Below are positions 1 through 9,300 of a DNA stretch of 49,351 nt, one piece after another. The translations under genes were made by a program, and so were the position numbers. How positions within the stretch are numbered: position 1 is the first letter of the stretch; each line of letters begins with the position of its first letter. The DNA lies in contig DATIBL010000097.1 in the NCBI GenBank assembly GCA_035457505.1, positions 1 to 49,351 on the forward strand. Direction: 5' to 3'. Below the pieces are notes generated by a model that searched no databases, had not been told where the DNA came from, and saw nothing but the letters and a program-made list of their open reading frames with translations. The DNA is from Minisyncoccota bacterium (GTDB taxonomy: Bacteria; Patescibacteriota; Minisyncoccia; Phycocordibacterales; UBA6899).

Positions 1-127
1 TCTCACTCGCGTAACTCCGGGAGATTTGCTCCCGCTTCTTCGTCGCGAAGGGGAGTGGGCCGAAGTGCGCCTTCCAGATGATCGCATCGGCTGGGTGATT
101 GAGACGTATATCGCAGAAGCACCATGA
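1..127 (+). CDS. 3' end of a CDS entering from upstream; C-terminal SH3b-like domain (partial)
   Basis: Frame 2 is open from the window edge to TGA at 125-127. It reads ...GDLLPLLRREGEWAEVRLPDDRIGWVIETYIAEAP*, a G-x-W-x-V...GWV pattern typical of bacterial SH3 domains. The stop overlaps the next start (ATGA at 124-127). Confidence 0.45.
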   Translation, partial: LTRVTPGDLLPLLRREGEWAEVRLPDDRIGWVIETYIAEAP

Positions 128-579
128 TCTATTCCCGTCGAACAACAGAGGGACTGACGCTGATCGAAATGCTCATGGTCGTGAGCTTGATTGCGATATT
201 GATGTCTATCATTATTATTGCGATCAATCCGGTCCGGCATTTTGCCGAGGCGAAAAATGCGCAGCGCTGGTCGAATGTGAATGCGATCTTGAACGCCGTG
301 TACCAATATTCGGTTGATCATGATGGCGCATTCCCGGCTCCGTTCTCTGCGGTGGCGACAGAGATCTGCAAAACTGGCACGGCTCCAGCGATTTGCTCGG
401 CGAACGGCCTTCTCGATCTTTCACTGCTCACTCCGACCTATGTGGTCTCGCTCCCGGTCGACCCTGCCGAGCTCCCGGGATTCGGGACAGGATACCTCAT
501 CGCGACAACCACCGGAAATCGTGTCATAGTGAGCGCTCCGCATGCGGAAGAGGGCGATACGATCGTAGTCAGCCGCTGA
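124..579 (+). CDS. type IV pilin-like protein (prepilin-type N-terminal cleavage/methylation domain)
   Basis: The N-terminus RRTTEG|LTLIEMLMVVSLIAILMSIIIIAINP fits the class III signal peptide G|(F/L)TLIE plus hydrophobic helix. It is a paralog of the next gene (shared AINP..F..A.N.QRWSNVNA.LNAV.QYSVD and TTTGNR..V.AP). Confidence 0.8.
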   Translation: MIYSRRTTEGLTLIEMLMVVSLIAILMSIIIIAINPVRHFAEAKNAQRWSNVNAILNAVYQYSVDHDGAFPAPFSAVATEICKTGTAPAICSANGLLDLSLLTPTYVVSLPVDPAELPGFGTGYLIATTTGNRVIVSAPHAEEGDTIVVSR

Positions 580-611
580 ACAGGATTCCACAAGGGGCTC
601 CTTTTTCGGTA

Positions 612-638
612 TTGCACCCCGGAAAAATGATGTACAAT
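612..638 (+). promoter_or_regulatory. possible sigma70-type promoter for the second pilin gene
   Basis: TTGCAC (612-617), a 15-nt spacer, then TACAAT (633-638), 34 nt upstream of the ATG at 672. The spacer is short, so the call is weak. Confidence 0.3.
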
Positions 639-671
639 AGGGTAAATTTGGCTTATCAGTAACTTTCAGAT

Positions 672-1124
672 ATGCGCAAATTGCAGCAAAAAGGTTTCAC
701 TCTTATTGAAGTGCTCGTCGTGATCGGTATCATTGCGATCTTGGCGGCGATCGTCGTCATCGCGATCAATCCGGCACGCCAGTTCTCACAGGCAAATAAT
801 TCACAGCGCTGGTCGAATGTGAACGCCGTATTGAACGCGGTCCATCAGTATTCTGTGGACAATCGCGGACAGATTCCGAGCGGACTCACCGGTTCGTCGA
901 CGGAGATCTGTAAGTCGGGCGTGCTTGTCGCGACCTGTACTGGAGCGGGCCTCCTCTCTCTTGATGCGGCGCTCGTACCGACCTACATCGTGTCGATCCC
1001 GACGGATCCGACTGGTGCGTCGACAAATGGCGCAGGATATGAGATCTCGACCACAACCGGTAATCGCATCGTGGTGACCGCACCGGATGCAGAGCTCGGA
1101 GTGACGATCTCCGTCACTCGCTAA
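672..1124 (+). CDS. type IV pilin-like protein (major pilin candidate), tandem paralog
   Basis: MRKLQQKG|FTLIEVLVVIGIIAILAAIVVIAINP is the canonical prepilin leader, G|FTLIE motif and hydrophobic helix. It is followed by a strong terminator. Confidence 0.85.
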   Translation: MRKLQQKGFTLIEVLVVIGIIAILAAIVVIAINPARQFSQANNSQRWSNVNAVLNAVHQYSVDNRGQIPSGLTGSSTEICKSGVLVATCTGAGLLSLDAALVPTYIVSIPTDPTGASTNGAGYEISTTTGNRIVVTAPDAELGVTISVTR

Positions 1125-1135
1125 TCCGAGAGCAC

Positions 1136-1174
1136 AAAAATAAAAAGCGGACCGCAGGGTCCGCTTTTTATTTT
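1136..1174. terminator. bidirectional rho-independent terminator
   Basis: The stem GCGGACC (1147-1153) pairs with GGTCCGC (1158-1164) around a 4-nt loop. It is flanked by an A-run and a T-run, and sits between the convergent pilin and PMM genes. Confidence 0.8.
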
Positions 1175-2508
1175 GCACCCTTGATGAGCGCGACGAGCTC
1201 GCCTTTGCGCTGCTCCATTTCGCTTTGCGTTGTCGCCTCGAGGTTGAGGCGAACAAGCGGCTCGGTATTCGAGGCGCGAACCGAAAACCACCAGTTCGGG
1301 TATGAGACCTTGACTCCATCAAGCTCAGAGAGTTCTCCGTCCGGGTACGCCGCCTTGATGCGAGCGAGAACCTGCTCAGTATTTGCGACGGTGAAGTTCT
1401 GCTCCCCGGAATGGGAATAGCGCAAAAGCGATCGCCAGAGTTCCGAGAGCGGCTTTCCGGTCTTGGCCATCGTGTTCAAAAGATAGATCGCTGGCAGTGG
1501 ACCCATTTCCGCGTAGTAGCCCTCGCCGAAATAGTAGTGGCCGGAAAGCTCTCCCGCGAGACGCGCATGCTCATCTCGCATTTGTCGTTTGATGTGCGCA
1601 TGCCCGACGCGGCATTCGTGCGCGATGCCTCCTGCGTTCGCGATCTCTTCCTCCACAACGCGCGAGGACCGAAGGTCTGCGAGAACGACTGCGCCGGGAT
1701 ATCGCGTGAGGACCGATCGTGCGAGAAGCGCGGTGACAAGATCCATAGGAACGATGTCGCCCTTTTCATCCACGAAACCAACTCGGTCACCGTCACCATC
1801 AAAAGCGATCCCGATATCTGCGTGTTCTGTGCGTACAGCGTCTTGAAGTTCTGCGAGTGTTTCGTGCTTTAGAGGATTAGCTTCATGATTCGGAAATGTC
1901 GGATCGAACTCTCCATAGAGGATCTTCACAATCTCGAGCGACGGTTCGAGTGAGCGGAAAAGCGGAATGTCGAGGATCCCCATCGCGTTGGCGGTATCGA
2001 TCGCGATCCGAAATCGCCGTTCTCCGAAGTTTGCAAACGTGCTGAGGAATTTTTGAAATTCGCGCGAAATATCGTGACGCTCAATTTTCCCGGGCGTCGA
2101 CGCGAGGAGGCTGTCTTTTCCGAGCGCGATGTCGCGAATTCGCTCCAGTCCGCTCCCGAGTCCCATCGGCACCGGCCCTTTTGAGCAGATCTTCAGGCCG
2201 TTATACTCGGGGGGATTGTGCGATGCTGTCAGTGAAATGCATCCGTCGACATCGAGTGCGTAACCGGCGTAGTAGACCATCGGCGTTGTCGCCAGTCCGA
2301 GGTCGATCACGTCAGCGCCAGCGTCCGTGATCCCCTTGGCGAGTGCAGCAAAAAGCGACGGCGACGATGCACGCGTGTCTCGTCCGATTGCGATCGACTT
2401 GGCTTGCAAGAGCTTCACGGTCGCGCCGCCGATCCGTTCTGCAACCTCCTCGTTGATCTCGGTCGGGTAGATCCCTCGTATGTCGTAGGACTTGAAGATC
2501 TGTTTCAT
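1168..2508 (-). CDS. phosphomannomutase/phosphoglucomutase family (alpha-D-phosphohexomutase)
   Basis: 446 aa. It has the active-site phosphoserine loop TASHNPPEYNGLK, the metal loop FDGDGDR, the N-terminal FKSYDIRG, and the C-terminal RASNTEP motif. Confidence 0.9.
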   Translation of the reverse strand: MKQIFKSYDIRGIYPTEINEEVAERIGGATVKLLQAKSIAIGRDTRASSPSLFAALAKGITDAGADVIDLGLATTPMVYYAGYALDVDGCISLTASHNPPEYNGLKICSKGPVPMGLGSGLERIRDIALGKDSLLASTPGKIERHDISREFQKFLSTFANFGERRFRIAIDTANAMGILDIPLFRSLEPSLEIVKILYGEFDPTFPNHEANPLKHETLAELQDAVRTEHADIGIAFDGDGDRVGFVDEKGDIVPMDLVTALLARSVLTRYPGAVVLADLRSSRVVEEEIANAGGIAHECRVGHAHIKRQMRDEHARLAGELSGHYYFGEGYYAEMGPLPAIYLLNTMAKTGKPLSELWRSLLRYSHSGEQNFTVANTEQVLARIKAAYPDGELSELDGVKVSYPNWWFSVRASNTEPLVRLNLEATTQSEMEQRKGELVALIKGAK

Positions 2509-2535
2509 GGCCCCATTATACGCCCTGGCCGAGAA

Positions 2536-2560
2536 GACAAAAGCCGCTCAGAAGAGCGGC
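2536..2560 (-). terminator. rho-independent terminator
   Basis: GCCGCTC (2543-2549) pairs with GAGCGGC (2554-2560) around a 4-nt loop. A TTTTGT run follows on the minus strand, immediately downstream of the stop at 2565. Confidence 0.6.
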
Positions 2561-2564
2561 AGGA

Positions 2565-3401
2565 TCAAACCCGATGTCCGTAAAACAAGAATTCTTCCTT
2601 GGCTTTATCTGCGACCTCGCGCATCTGCAAGAGATTTCCGCTCTTCAAGAGCGAGAGCGGGGCAACATTTCCGAATAAGCGGTGAGGCGTTTTTGCGTAC
2701 ACGGCGGCAAGTGCGTCTGCGTCCACTCCAGAGAGAAGACCACGATAGCAGCCATGCATCGTGAGCGCACACCGGATGCGTTCTGCTGCTTCGGCGCAGA
2801 GATGTCTTCGTCCGGCTGCGGTATTCATGATCCGCTGTCGGCTTACGCCGAACACAGGGAACCACTCAGAATGACCGAATCCCCAAAGCCCGCTAATCCG
2901 AAGGATCATCTCCGCGAGCAGATCCTCGTCTTCGTCCTCAAGCGTAAGGATCTCGTCGGGATAGACAACCTGAGTCGCGCTGATCGCTCCGCCTCCGCGA
3001 TCAATCAGCATGCCGGAAAGGGCGTCGCAGGTGCGGAATATTCCTTCGGAATTTTGTAATGCTATCTCAAGCGGTGTTTTGCCGAAGAAGGGGGACCGCC
3101 AATTTCTGCGCTTCATCCACTTCCGCTGGATCGCCTCATCGTAAGGCCAGATGCATCCGATAAAGAAATATGCCCGAACGACGAACGACGCCATCCGCAT
3201 ACTGCTCTTGCCCGGGCCAAGCGCCTTGTTGCGATGCGCCTCGTTGTGCGCGTGGTGCGACATCTGCCAAAGTTTCCGCTCCTCTTCGTCCGAAAGGCTC
3301 CATTGTTCCGAGATCCGACGAAGGATCCGATAGGCTGCGCTCCGAGATGTTTCCCACTGCTCCGCTCGAAACTCGAACATGCATGCTCCTTGAAGGAACA
3401 T
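2565..3401 (-). CDS. hypothetical protein with two tandem Xre/MbcA/ParS-type antitoxin-like (DUF2384-like) modules
   Basis: 278 aa. Module 1 ends in KWMKRRNWRSPFFGKTPLEIALQNSEGIFRTCDALSGML. Module 2 ends in AAVYAKTPHRLFGNVAPLSLLKSGNLLQMREV. Both resemble the W..tPn..fgG.tPl.ll.t..G...V motif of the toxin-binding domain of RES/ART-associated antitoxins. The assignment is from motif recall, not a search. Confidence 0.5.
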   Translation of the reverse strand: MFLQGACMFEFRAEQWETSRSAAYRILRRISEQWSLSDEEERKLWQMSHHAHNEAHRNKALGPGKSSMRMASFVVRAYFFIGCIWPYDEAIQRKWMKRRNWRSPFFGKTPLEIALQNSEGIFRTCDALSGMLIDRGGGAISATQVVYPDEILTLEDEDEDLLAEMILRISGLWGFGHSEWFPVFGVSRQRIMNTAAGRRHLCAEAAERIRCALTMHGCYRGLLSGVDADALAAVYAKTPHRLFGNVAPLSLLKSGNLLQMREVADKAKEEFLFYGHRV

Positions 3402-3477
3402 TCTTCATGCATGGTATCGACGCTCGCGGGGATGGTCAAACGCGAGTGAGTCTGAATGAAGATTCTTGAGAGCAGCG

Positions 3478-5577
3478 TTAGGCAACCCCGGTACTCTCGG
3501 TATCGAGCTCCTGCTTGAGCAGTGCGTAGACCTTCGGAGAGAAAACTTCTTTTTCGTTCAGGTCTTCGAGGATGCGGTCCTCTGCCTTTGCGATTCCGGA
3601 TTCGGCGAATGTGGTGCCGAGCGGGGCGAGAATGTTGCGATGCTCGTGGTAGATGCGATCGGCCTCCTCCTTTGCGGTCTCCTCCAGTTTTCCGTAGTGC
3701 GCGATGACCTCGCTCACGATTGCGCCGCCATAGATCTTTGCGTCGCTCGTCACGATGCTCTGCAGTTCTTCCTGGACCTTGCGCGTAATAATGCGCCGCG
3801 CGCGATAGTAGGTATAGAGCATAACGATCTCCTCGCTTTTGTCGTCGATGCCGAGCAGTGTGCGGAACGTGTCTCGGGCGCGATCGAGCCAGTCCTTCCT
3901 GAAATGTTCAAGGCGAACCTCTCCGGCGTGGAGTTCGCGCTCCAGCTTGTTCTGCCGCTCCGAAAGGTCCGTGTAGATCTTGCGGTAGACGGGCTCGTTG
4001 ATCTCGTTATAGAGGAAGAGCGTATGCAGCGAGTGCTTTTCGACTCCAACCGCGTAGAGCAGGAGCGCTGATTCCGGGATCTTCTTCTCGCTCTCAAGAT
4101 ACGCTGCGCAGTTTGCGCACGCATGCTTGAAGCGCTCCTCGTACTTCATTCGCAGTTCGTCATGAACTTCCTCAGTGATGTAGCGCTTGTTTCGGAAGCG
4201 CTCGATCTCGAGGAGGACGCGCGCATAGACTAGCGCTCGTCCCTGCTCGTGCTCGATCCGTTCTACGGCGTTCAGTTCGTCGAGCTTGAGGAAGCGCAGC
4301 AGCGGGCCGATCGTCGTCGCCTTGATAAAGAGCGTGAAGTAGATACAGGCGATCGTAATGGCGGTAATAAATTCCTTCGGGGTAAATTCGGTGAAGTGCC
4401 AGTTCGCGATCGTAAAATCGTCCGGAATCATGAGGACCATGGTCACCGCAAGCGCGCCGCGAAGCGAGCCCCATGCCATGAGATGCTGCCAGGAGAGCGG
4501 GATGCGCTCCTCGCTCTTGGTCCAATTGAGGAACATGACGACCGGATAGACCGACAGCGCGCGCGCGACCATCACGACTGCGATCGTGATCAGCACCGGA
4601 CCGAGAATGACGAGCAGATCGATCGGCAGGCTTGCGAAGAGGAGGCCAATCAGAATAAAAACGATCGAGTTTGCGACGAAGGCGAAGTATCCCCAGAAGT
4701 CTTCCATGTATTCGGCGACGCGCGGCGAGATCTTGAACCGTCCGTAGTTTCCGACCACCATTGCGGCAACGACAGTCGCAATGATCGACGAAATATGAAT
4801 GTCATGACCGGCGACGCGGAGATGATGCGTCATGAGTTCTGAGAACATGAACGTAAAATGAGCAACGATCATCGTGAGGGTGATCTCGATGTACTGATTC
4901 TCCTTCACGTACTGAATGATCTTTGAGAAGAGCGTTCCCATGATCATACCGAAGAGTATGCCGCCGACGACCATGGTGAAGAACGAAAAGATCCCCTCAG
5001 TGATCGACTCCGCGCCGTTCCAGCCGGTGGTCAGGATGTCGAGGGTGATCAGAAAGAGTGCGAGCGAGGTTCCGTCATTGAAGAGCGATTCTCCCTCGAA
5101 GATGAGCGAGAGGCGCTTGGGTGCGCCGTATTCTTTGAAGAGCGCGAGCACGGCAACCGGATCTGTTGCGCTGATCAGCGTACCGAAAAGCAGCGTGATC
5201 TCGAACGGGATCGGGAAGCCGATCCATCGCGCACCGTAGAAAAGTCCGAAGGCGATGAAAAGGGTAGAGATCAAAAGGGAGACAACCGAGAGCAGCGAGA
5301 TCGAGCGGATGTTCTCAGTCATCCGGCGGACATTCATGTTGTATGCCGATTCGAAGATAAGCGTCGGAAGGAAAACGAAGAACAGAAGGTCTGGTGTAAG
5401 TTTGAAGCTGGCAATGAAGGAGAACTCGGGGATCTTTGAGATCGGGATCAGGGCGAGTCCGACAATAACCAGAAAGACGGTATATGGAATGCGAAATCGT
5501 TTCGCAAGAAAATATGCTCCGGTCGAAATGAACAGCAGAGAGACCAGAGACATCATGATCGCAAGCGTGGGTGCCAT
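3478..5577 (-). CDS. Na+/H+ (cation/proton) antiporter, CPA1/NhaP-like, with a long cytoplasmic C-terminal domain
   Basis: 699 aa. About 420 aa of multi-TM sequence carries CPA1-like motifs (GTLISATDPVAVLALF, FEGESLFNDGTSLALF). A roughly 280-aa charged helical tail follows. Confidence 0.85.
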   Translation of the reverse strand: MAPTLAIMMSLVSLLFISTGAYFLAKRFRIPYTVFLVIVGLALIPISKIPEFSFIASFKLTPDLLFFVFLPTLIFESAYNMNVRRMTENIRSISLLSVVSLLISTLFIAFGLFYGARWIGFPIPFEITLLFGTLISATDPVAVLALFKEYGAPKRLSLIFEGESLFNDGTSLALFLITLDILTTGWNGAESITEGIFSFFTMVVGGILFGMIMGTLFSKIIQYVKENQYIEITLTMIVAHFTFMFSELMTHHLRVAGHDIHISSIIATVVAAMVVGNYGRFKISPRVAEYMEDFWGYFAFVANSIVFILIGLLFASLPIDLLVILGPVLITIAVVMVARALSVYPVVMFLNWTKSEERIPLSWQHLMAWGSLRGALAVTMVLMIPDDFTIANWHFTEFTPKEFITAITIACIYFTLFIKATTIGPLLRFLKLDELNAVERIEHEQGRALVYARVLLEIERFRNKRYITEEVHDELRMKYEERFKHACANCAAYLESEKKIPESALLLYAVGVEKHSLHTLFLYNEINEPVYRKIYTDLSERQNKLERELHAGEVRLEHFRKDWLDRARDTFRTLLGIDDKSEEIVMLYTYYRARRIITRKVQEELQSIVTSDAKIYGGAIVSEVIAHYGKLEETAKEEADRIYHEHRNILAPLGTTFAESGIAKAEDRILEDLNEKEVFSPKVYALLKQELDTESTGVA

Positions 5578-5710
5578 ACGTTGTGTCGAGACAGGGCTCG
5601 GAGGCCCGTTTGAAAATGAATAACTTCGAATTTGCGTCCCTGGTCGGGGGTCGAGAAGAGGCGCACAGAAGAATACCGCACTATAGCATTGCTATTCCGG
5701 GAATAGCAAT

Positions 5711-5734
5711 ATGCCGCATTATAAAATGCGGCAT
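5711..5734 (-). terminator. hairpin terminator downstream of the 143-aa ORF
   Basis: ATGCCGCAT (5711-5719) pairs with ATGCGGCAT (5726-5734) as a 9-bp stem directly after the stop at 5737. A second palindrome (ATTGCTATTCC/GGAATAGCAAT) lies just downstream. Confidence 0.55.
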
Positions 5735-5736
5735 GG

Positions 5737-6168
5737 TCAGGGTGTTCGTCGAAAGAGCTGAGAGAAGAGCGTGATTGATCTTCGCCACCCGTCGATGGTG
5801 AGCAGATCAGCGTCCCAGACAAAATTCTTTCCTCCGAGCTGGACGATCTTGAGTTTGCTTCGTTTGTCGCGATCGACCCCGAAAAGCATGGCCAAAAAAA
5901 GACAAATTCGTGACGGTCTCCCGCAATAGACGAATTCGAACCATCCGGTTCGGGTTTCGGGATAATAGGACTCCCGGTGCTCGATCATTCCAAAGAAGCG
6001 TTCGGTGACGAGGTACTCCGGTCGCGCGTGCTGGTTTCTTCCAGGGCAGCGGATCGGATGCATCCAAAGGATCTTCTTCGCTGCTTCGAACGATGCACCG
6101 TGGATGACGCCGATGACCGTTCCGCATTTTCGGCAGCGGATCGGGGCAAATCGTTCCATGGCACGCAC
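5737..6168 (-). CDS. hypothetical protein (possible Cys-rich or zinc-ribbon N-terminus)
   Basis: 143-aa ORF with a GTG start preceded by AGGAAAGGA. It contains CRKCG...CPG near the N-terminus and has a terminator hairpin downstream. No family recognised. Confidence 0.45.
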   Translation of the reverse strand: MRAMERFAPIRCRKCGTVIGVIHGASFEAAKKILWMHPIRCPGRNQHARPEYLVTERFFGMIEHRESYYPETRTGWFEFVYCGRPSRICLFLAMLFGVDRDKRSKLKIVQLGGKNFVWDADLLTIDGWRRSITLFSQLFRRTP

Positions 6169-6261
6169 AAGCTATTCCTTTCCTAGTTTGGCGGTTCGGG
6201 CCAAGTTGTCAAATCTGCTGGGTAGAGGTGCTGGAGTGGGTTATCCACACCTATCGTTTGT

Positions 6262-6290
6262 TTGAACTTCCCAAAACAAGTTGCTATACT
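6262..6290 (+). promoter_or_regulatory. sigma70-type promoter for the giant secreted protein gene
   Basis: TTGAAC (6262-6267), a 17-nt spacer, then TATACT (6285-6290). It lies inside the 5' extension of the tracked ORF, which supports the downstream start at 6345. Confidence 0.5.
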
Positions 6291-6344
6291 TGTGGTTATG
6301 GAGGAATTCCCGCAAATGTGGGCATTCCTTTTTCTTTTCGCTAT

Positions 6345-9300
6345 ATGGTATTTTTTGGCTCCAAGACTTTGCTGATCGCTTCCCGTCGGTACCTTCTGTT
6401 GATTCCTCTGATCATCGCGGCCGGCCTCCTTGGCTTCATTCCAAGCGCTGCTGAGGCTGCCCCGTCGACTGTCGTGACCGGAGTTGTTGATGGATGGGCA
6501 CACAGCAAATCTCGACCAGTGCTGTATAACGGGCAGTATTTCTTTCTCGTCTATCATGCGAGTGGGGGAAATCTGTATTACAAGTCGAGTGCTGATGCCG
6601 TCACGTGGTCAGCCACCTCGACGCTCCTTTCGACTGGAAATACCCCATATGAGTTCGATATGTTCCAGGTCGATGATGGAAAATTTGATCTGGTCACCTC
6701 GTTCACCGCGGCAGCAAATCCGCAGGTTACTACCTGCGCGATCAGTGGTGCCGCCATCACCTGTGGAGCGACAACGACAGTGAGCTCGGCTGTTGCAAAT
6801 CTCCCAGTCAGTATTACCCGCACTCCGTATACTGGCCGCGTGTGGGTCGCGGTGCGCAATGCTGCCGAGCTTGAAGTGTGGTCGGCGAACACTGCTGGAG
6901 ATGTGACATCCAGTATGACGTTTACTGATGAGGTTGCGGGCGGGGATGCAAATCTGGTCGGCGAGGTAACGATGGTGCCCTATTCTTCTGGCGTTGCAGC
7001 TGATCGCGTACTCGTCATCTATGCGCGCGATCCGGGAGGGACGGGTTCAGATGGCATCTACTCGCGCGATATTACCGATGGCGGCGGAGCCGGAACGCGT
7101 CTTGATGTGCAGCTAGCGAGCACACAGCAGAATACCAACCTTTTCGGGAATGCGATCCGCATCTCTGATGCGCATTTCAAATTTATTTTCCGAAGCGTAG
7201 GGAGCGCGTTGCCCGCAGGGGGGACAGGAGTATTTGCGCATGCATGGAACGGCACATCATGGTTTGGGACGACGAATATCGACTCAGAAATTGATGAGGA
7301 CAATCTGGTCTTTGCATACAATTCTCATAATGATTCCATCTACGCGCTTGCGAATGACACCGCCGGAACAGCTTCGATCGAGCGATGGTATCGCCCCTCC
7401 GGAGCCGCGTGGGGCACCGAGGTTTCGGCCGACGGCGCCGAATCGACAGCCCGGAGTCTTCCGGTCACTCAGGCTCAGGAGCCGGCGATGGCGACAAGCA
7501 CGATCCTCCGCGAGCAGTTCATTCTTCCGTGGGCGTATCGCGTGGCGAACGGGAGTACGTTTGACCTCAAGGTCGATGGGCTTGCACTTGGCGGCACGAC
7601 GACACTCCGCGCGTTTAATTTTTTGAATGACAACGGAGCAACTGTCGATGCGTATACTGCGCGCGCAGGATTGGCGACCTCGACGATTGCAACCAATGTG
7701 AAGAAGGGGGAGCGCATGATTGTGCGATTTCAGGTCGACAACAAAAGCATTGCGACGTCGACAAAGATGTATCGTCTGCAGTGGGAGAACGCAACTGATG
7801 CGGCCGGAGTTTGGAACGACCTCGGGACGACAACGCAGATTCGCTGGGCATATTCAGAGAAAGGTGCTCCGCTTGCGCGACAGGGCTTTACTCCTCTCCC
7901 GACAAATCAGAGTGGAACATGTAATTCCGGATCGACATACGTCGCTGGGAGATTTGTTAGTGGTACTGGCACAAGTGCCCCGATCTCGCTTCCGCCGGGA
8001 AAATGTACGGAGCTTGCGTTTGCGATCGAGACTTCAGGGGCGACTCTCGGGAAGACATATCGGTATCGCCTTGTAAATGGTTTGACAGGACTTGCATTCG
8101 ACGCGACGATCCTCGGTGGAACTTACTCGACCTATGCGTCTTCAACGATCGAAACAGTGCAAAGCATTCGCTACTCCAAGGAGGCACGCGGCGGCACGAG
8201 CGATATGGCAATGGATGCTGCGAATGGGAACAATAACGGCTGGTATATCGACGCAGCGATGGGATCGGATGGTTTTCCTGTTTTCTCATACAACGATTCT
8301 GCTGCTTCTTCGCTCAAGTTCATTAAATGCGGGGATATTGCATGTTCGTCGTCAACGGTCCGCACGTTGATCAAGCCCGCGAGTCAGAATGCTTTGGCGA
8401 TCGGCACCGATGGAAATCCGATTCTCGCCTATTATTCTGAAATCGCAAATGATCTGCACTTTATGAAGTGTGGCGATCTTTCCTGCTCCGCGACGACAAG
8501 CGTGTCACTTCACGCGAGCGCGAATGTCGTCGGCCAGGCGCCATCAATGGCGATCGGCACTGATGGAAATCCTGTGATTTCCTATTACGATTCGACAGAT
8601 AAGGATCTTGAATTTGTGAAATGTCATGACACGTCGTGTACAACTTCGACTCAGCGGACGCTCGATGATGGCGGTGATACATCGGTGGCAATCGGTGCGG
8701 AAAGTTCAATAACTGTCGGTCCAGATGGCTATCCCGTCATCGTTTATGAAGGGAGGGATATCAACACTCTTCTTCTTATTAAGTGTACCGATGCTGCCTG
8801 TTCAACAACTTCCACTTCGACGACAGTAATTGAAACATCGGGAGGCAGCTCCCCCTCGGCTGCAATGAATGCGGATGGATTTCTTTCGGTTGCGTACTAT
8901 ACTTTGTCTGGAGGCGATCTCAAATTCATCAAATGTGCGAATACGCTCTGCACCTCCAGGACGACGCGGACGCTTGCTACCTCATATGAAGTTTCGTGGC
9001 CACCGGTGCTTCTGATTGGTGCAGATGGAAACCCGTTGATCGTGTTTCGTGATTCAACAACGGGGGCTAACAAGATCCTTGCGCTCAAGTGTCATGATTC
9101 AACCTGCGGGACGTATTCGATTAGCGTAGTGAAAAGCACTGGGGCGAGTGCCTCACTTGGAGTATATCGCTCTGCCGTGCTGGCTCCAGATGGTAATCCT
9201 GTCATTCTGACGCAGATCGATCCTTCTGGAGCGAACGATAAGACACCGCACTTCATTCGTTGTTCAACGATTGATTGCGCGCCTGTCGCGTCGTCTACGG

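Noticed and set aside
6228-6344. 5' extension of the giant ORF (tracked start 6228), and a 19-aa hydrophobic upstream ORF (6316-6375, preceded by GGAGG)
   Set aside because: A TTGAAC-17-TATACT promoter lies inside the extension. The extension is not signal-peptide-like, whereas the ATG at 6345 starts a textbook signal peptide. The 19-aa ORF is too short to support without conservation data.
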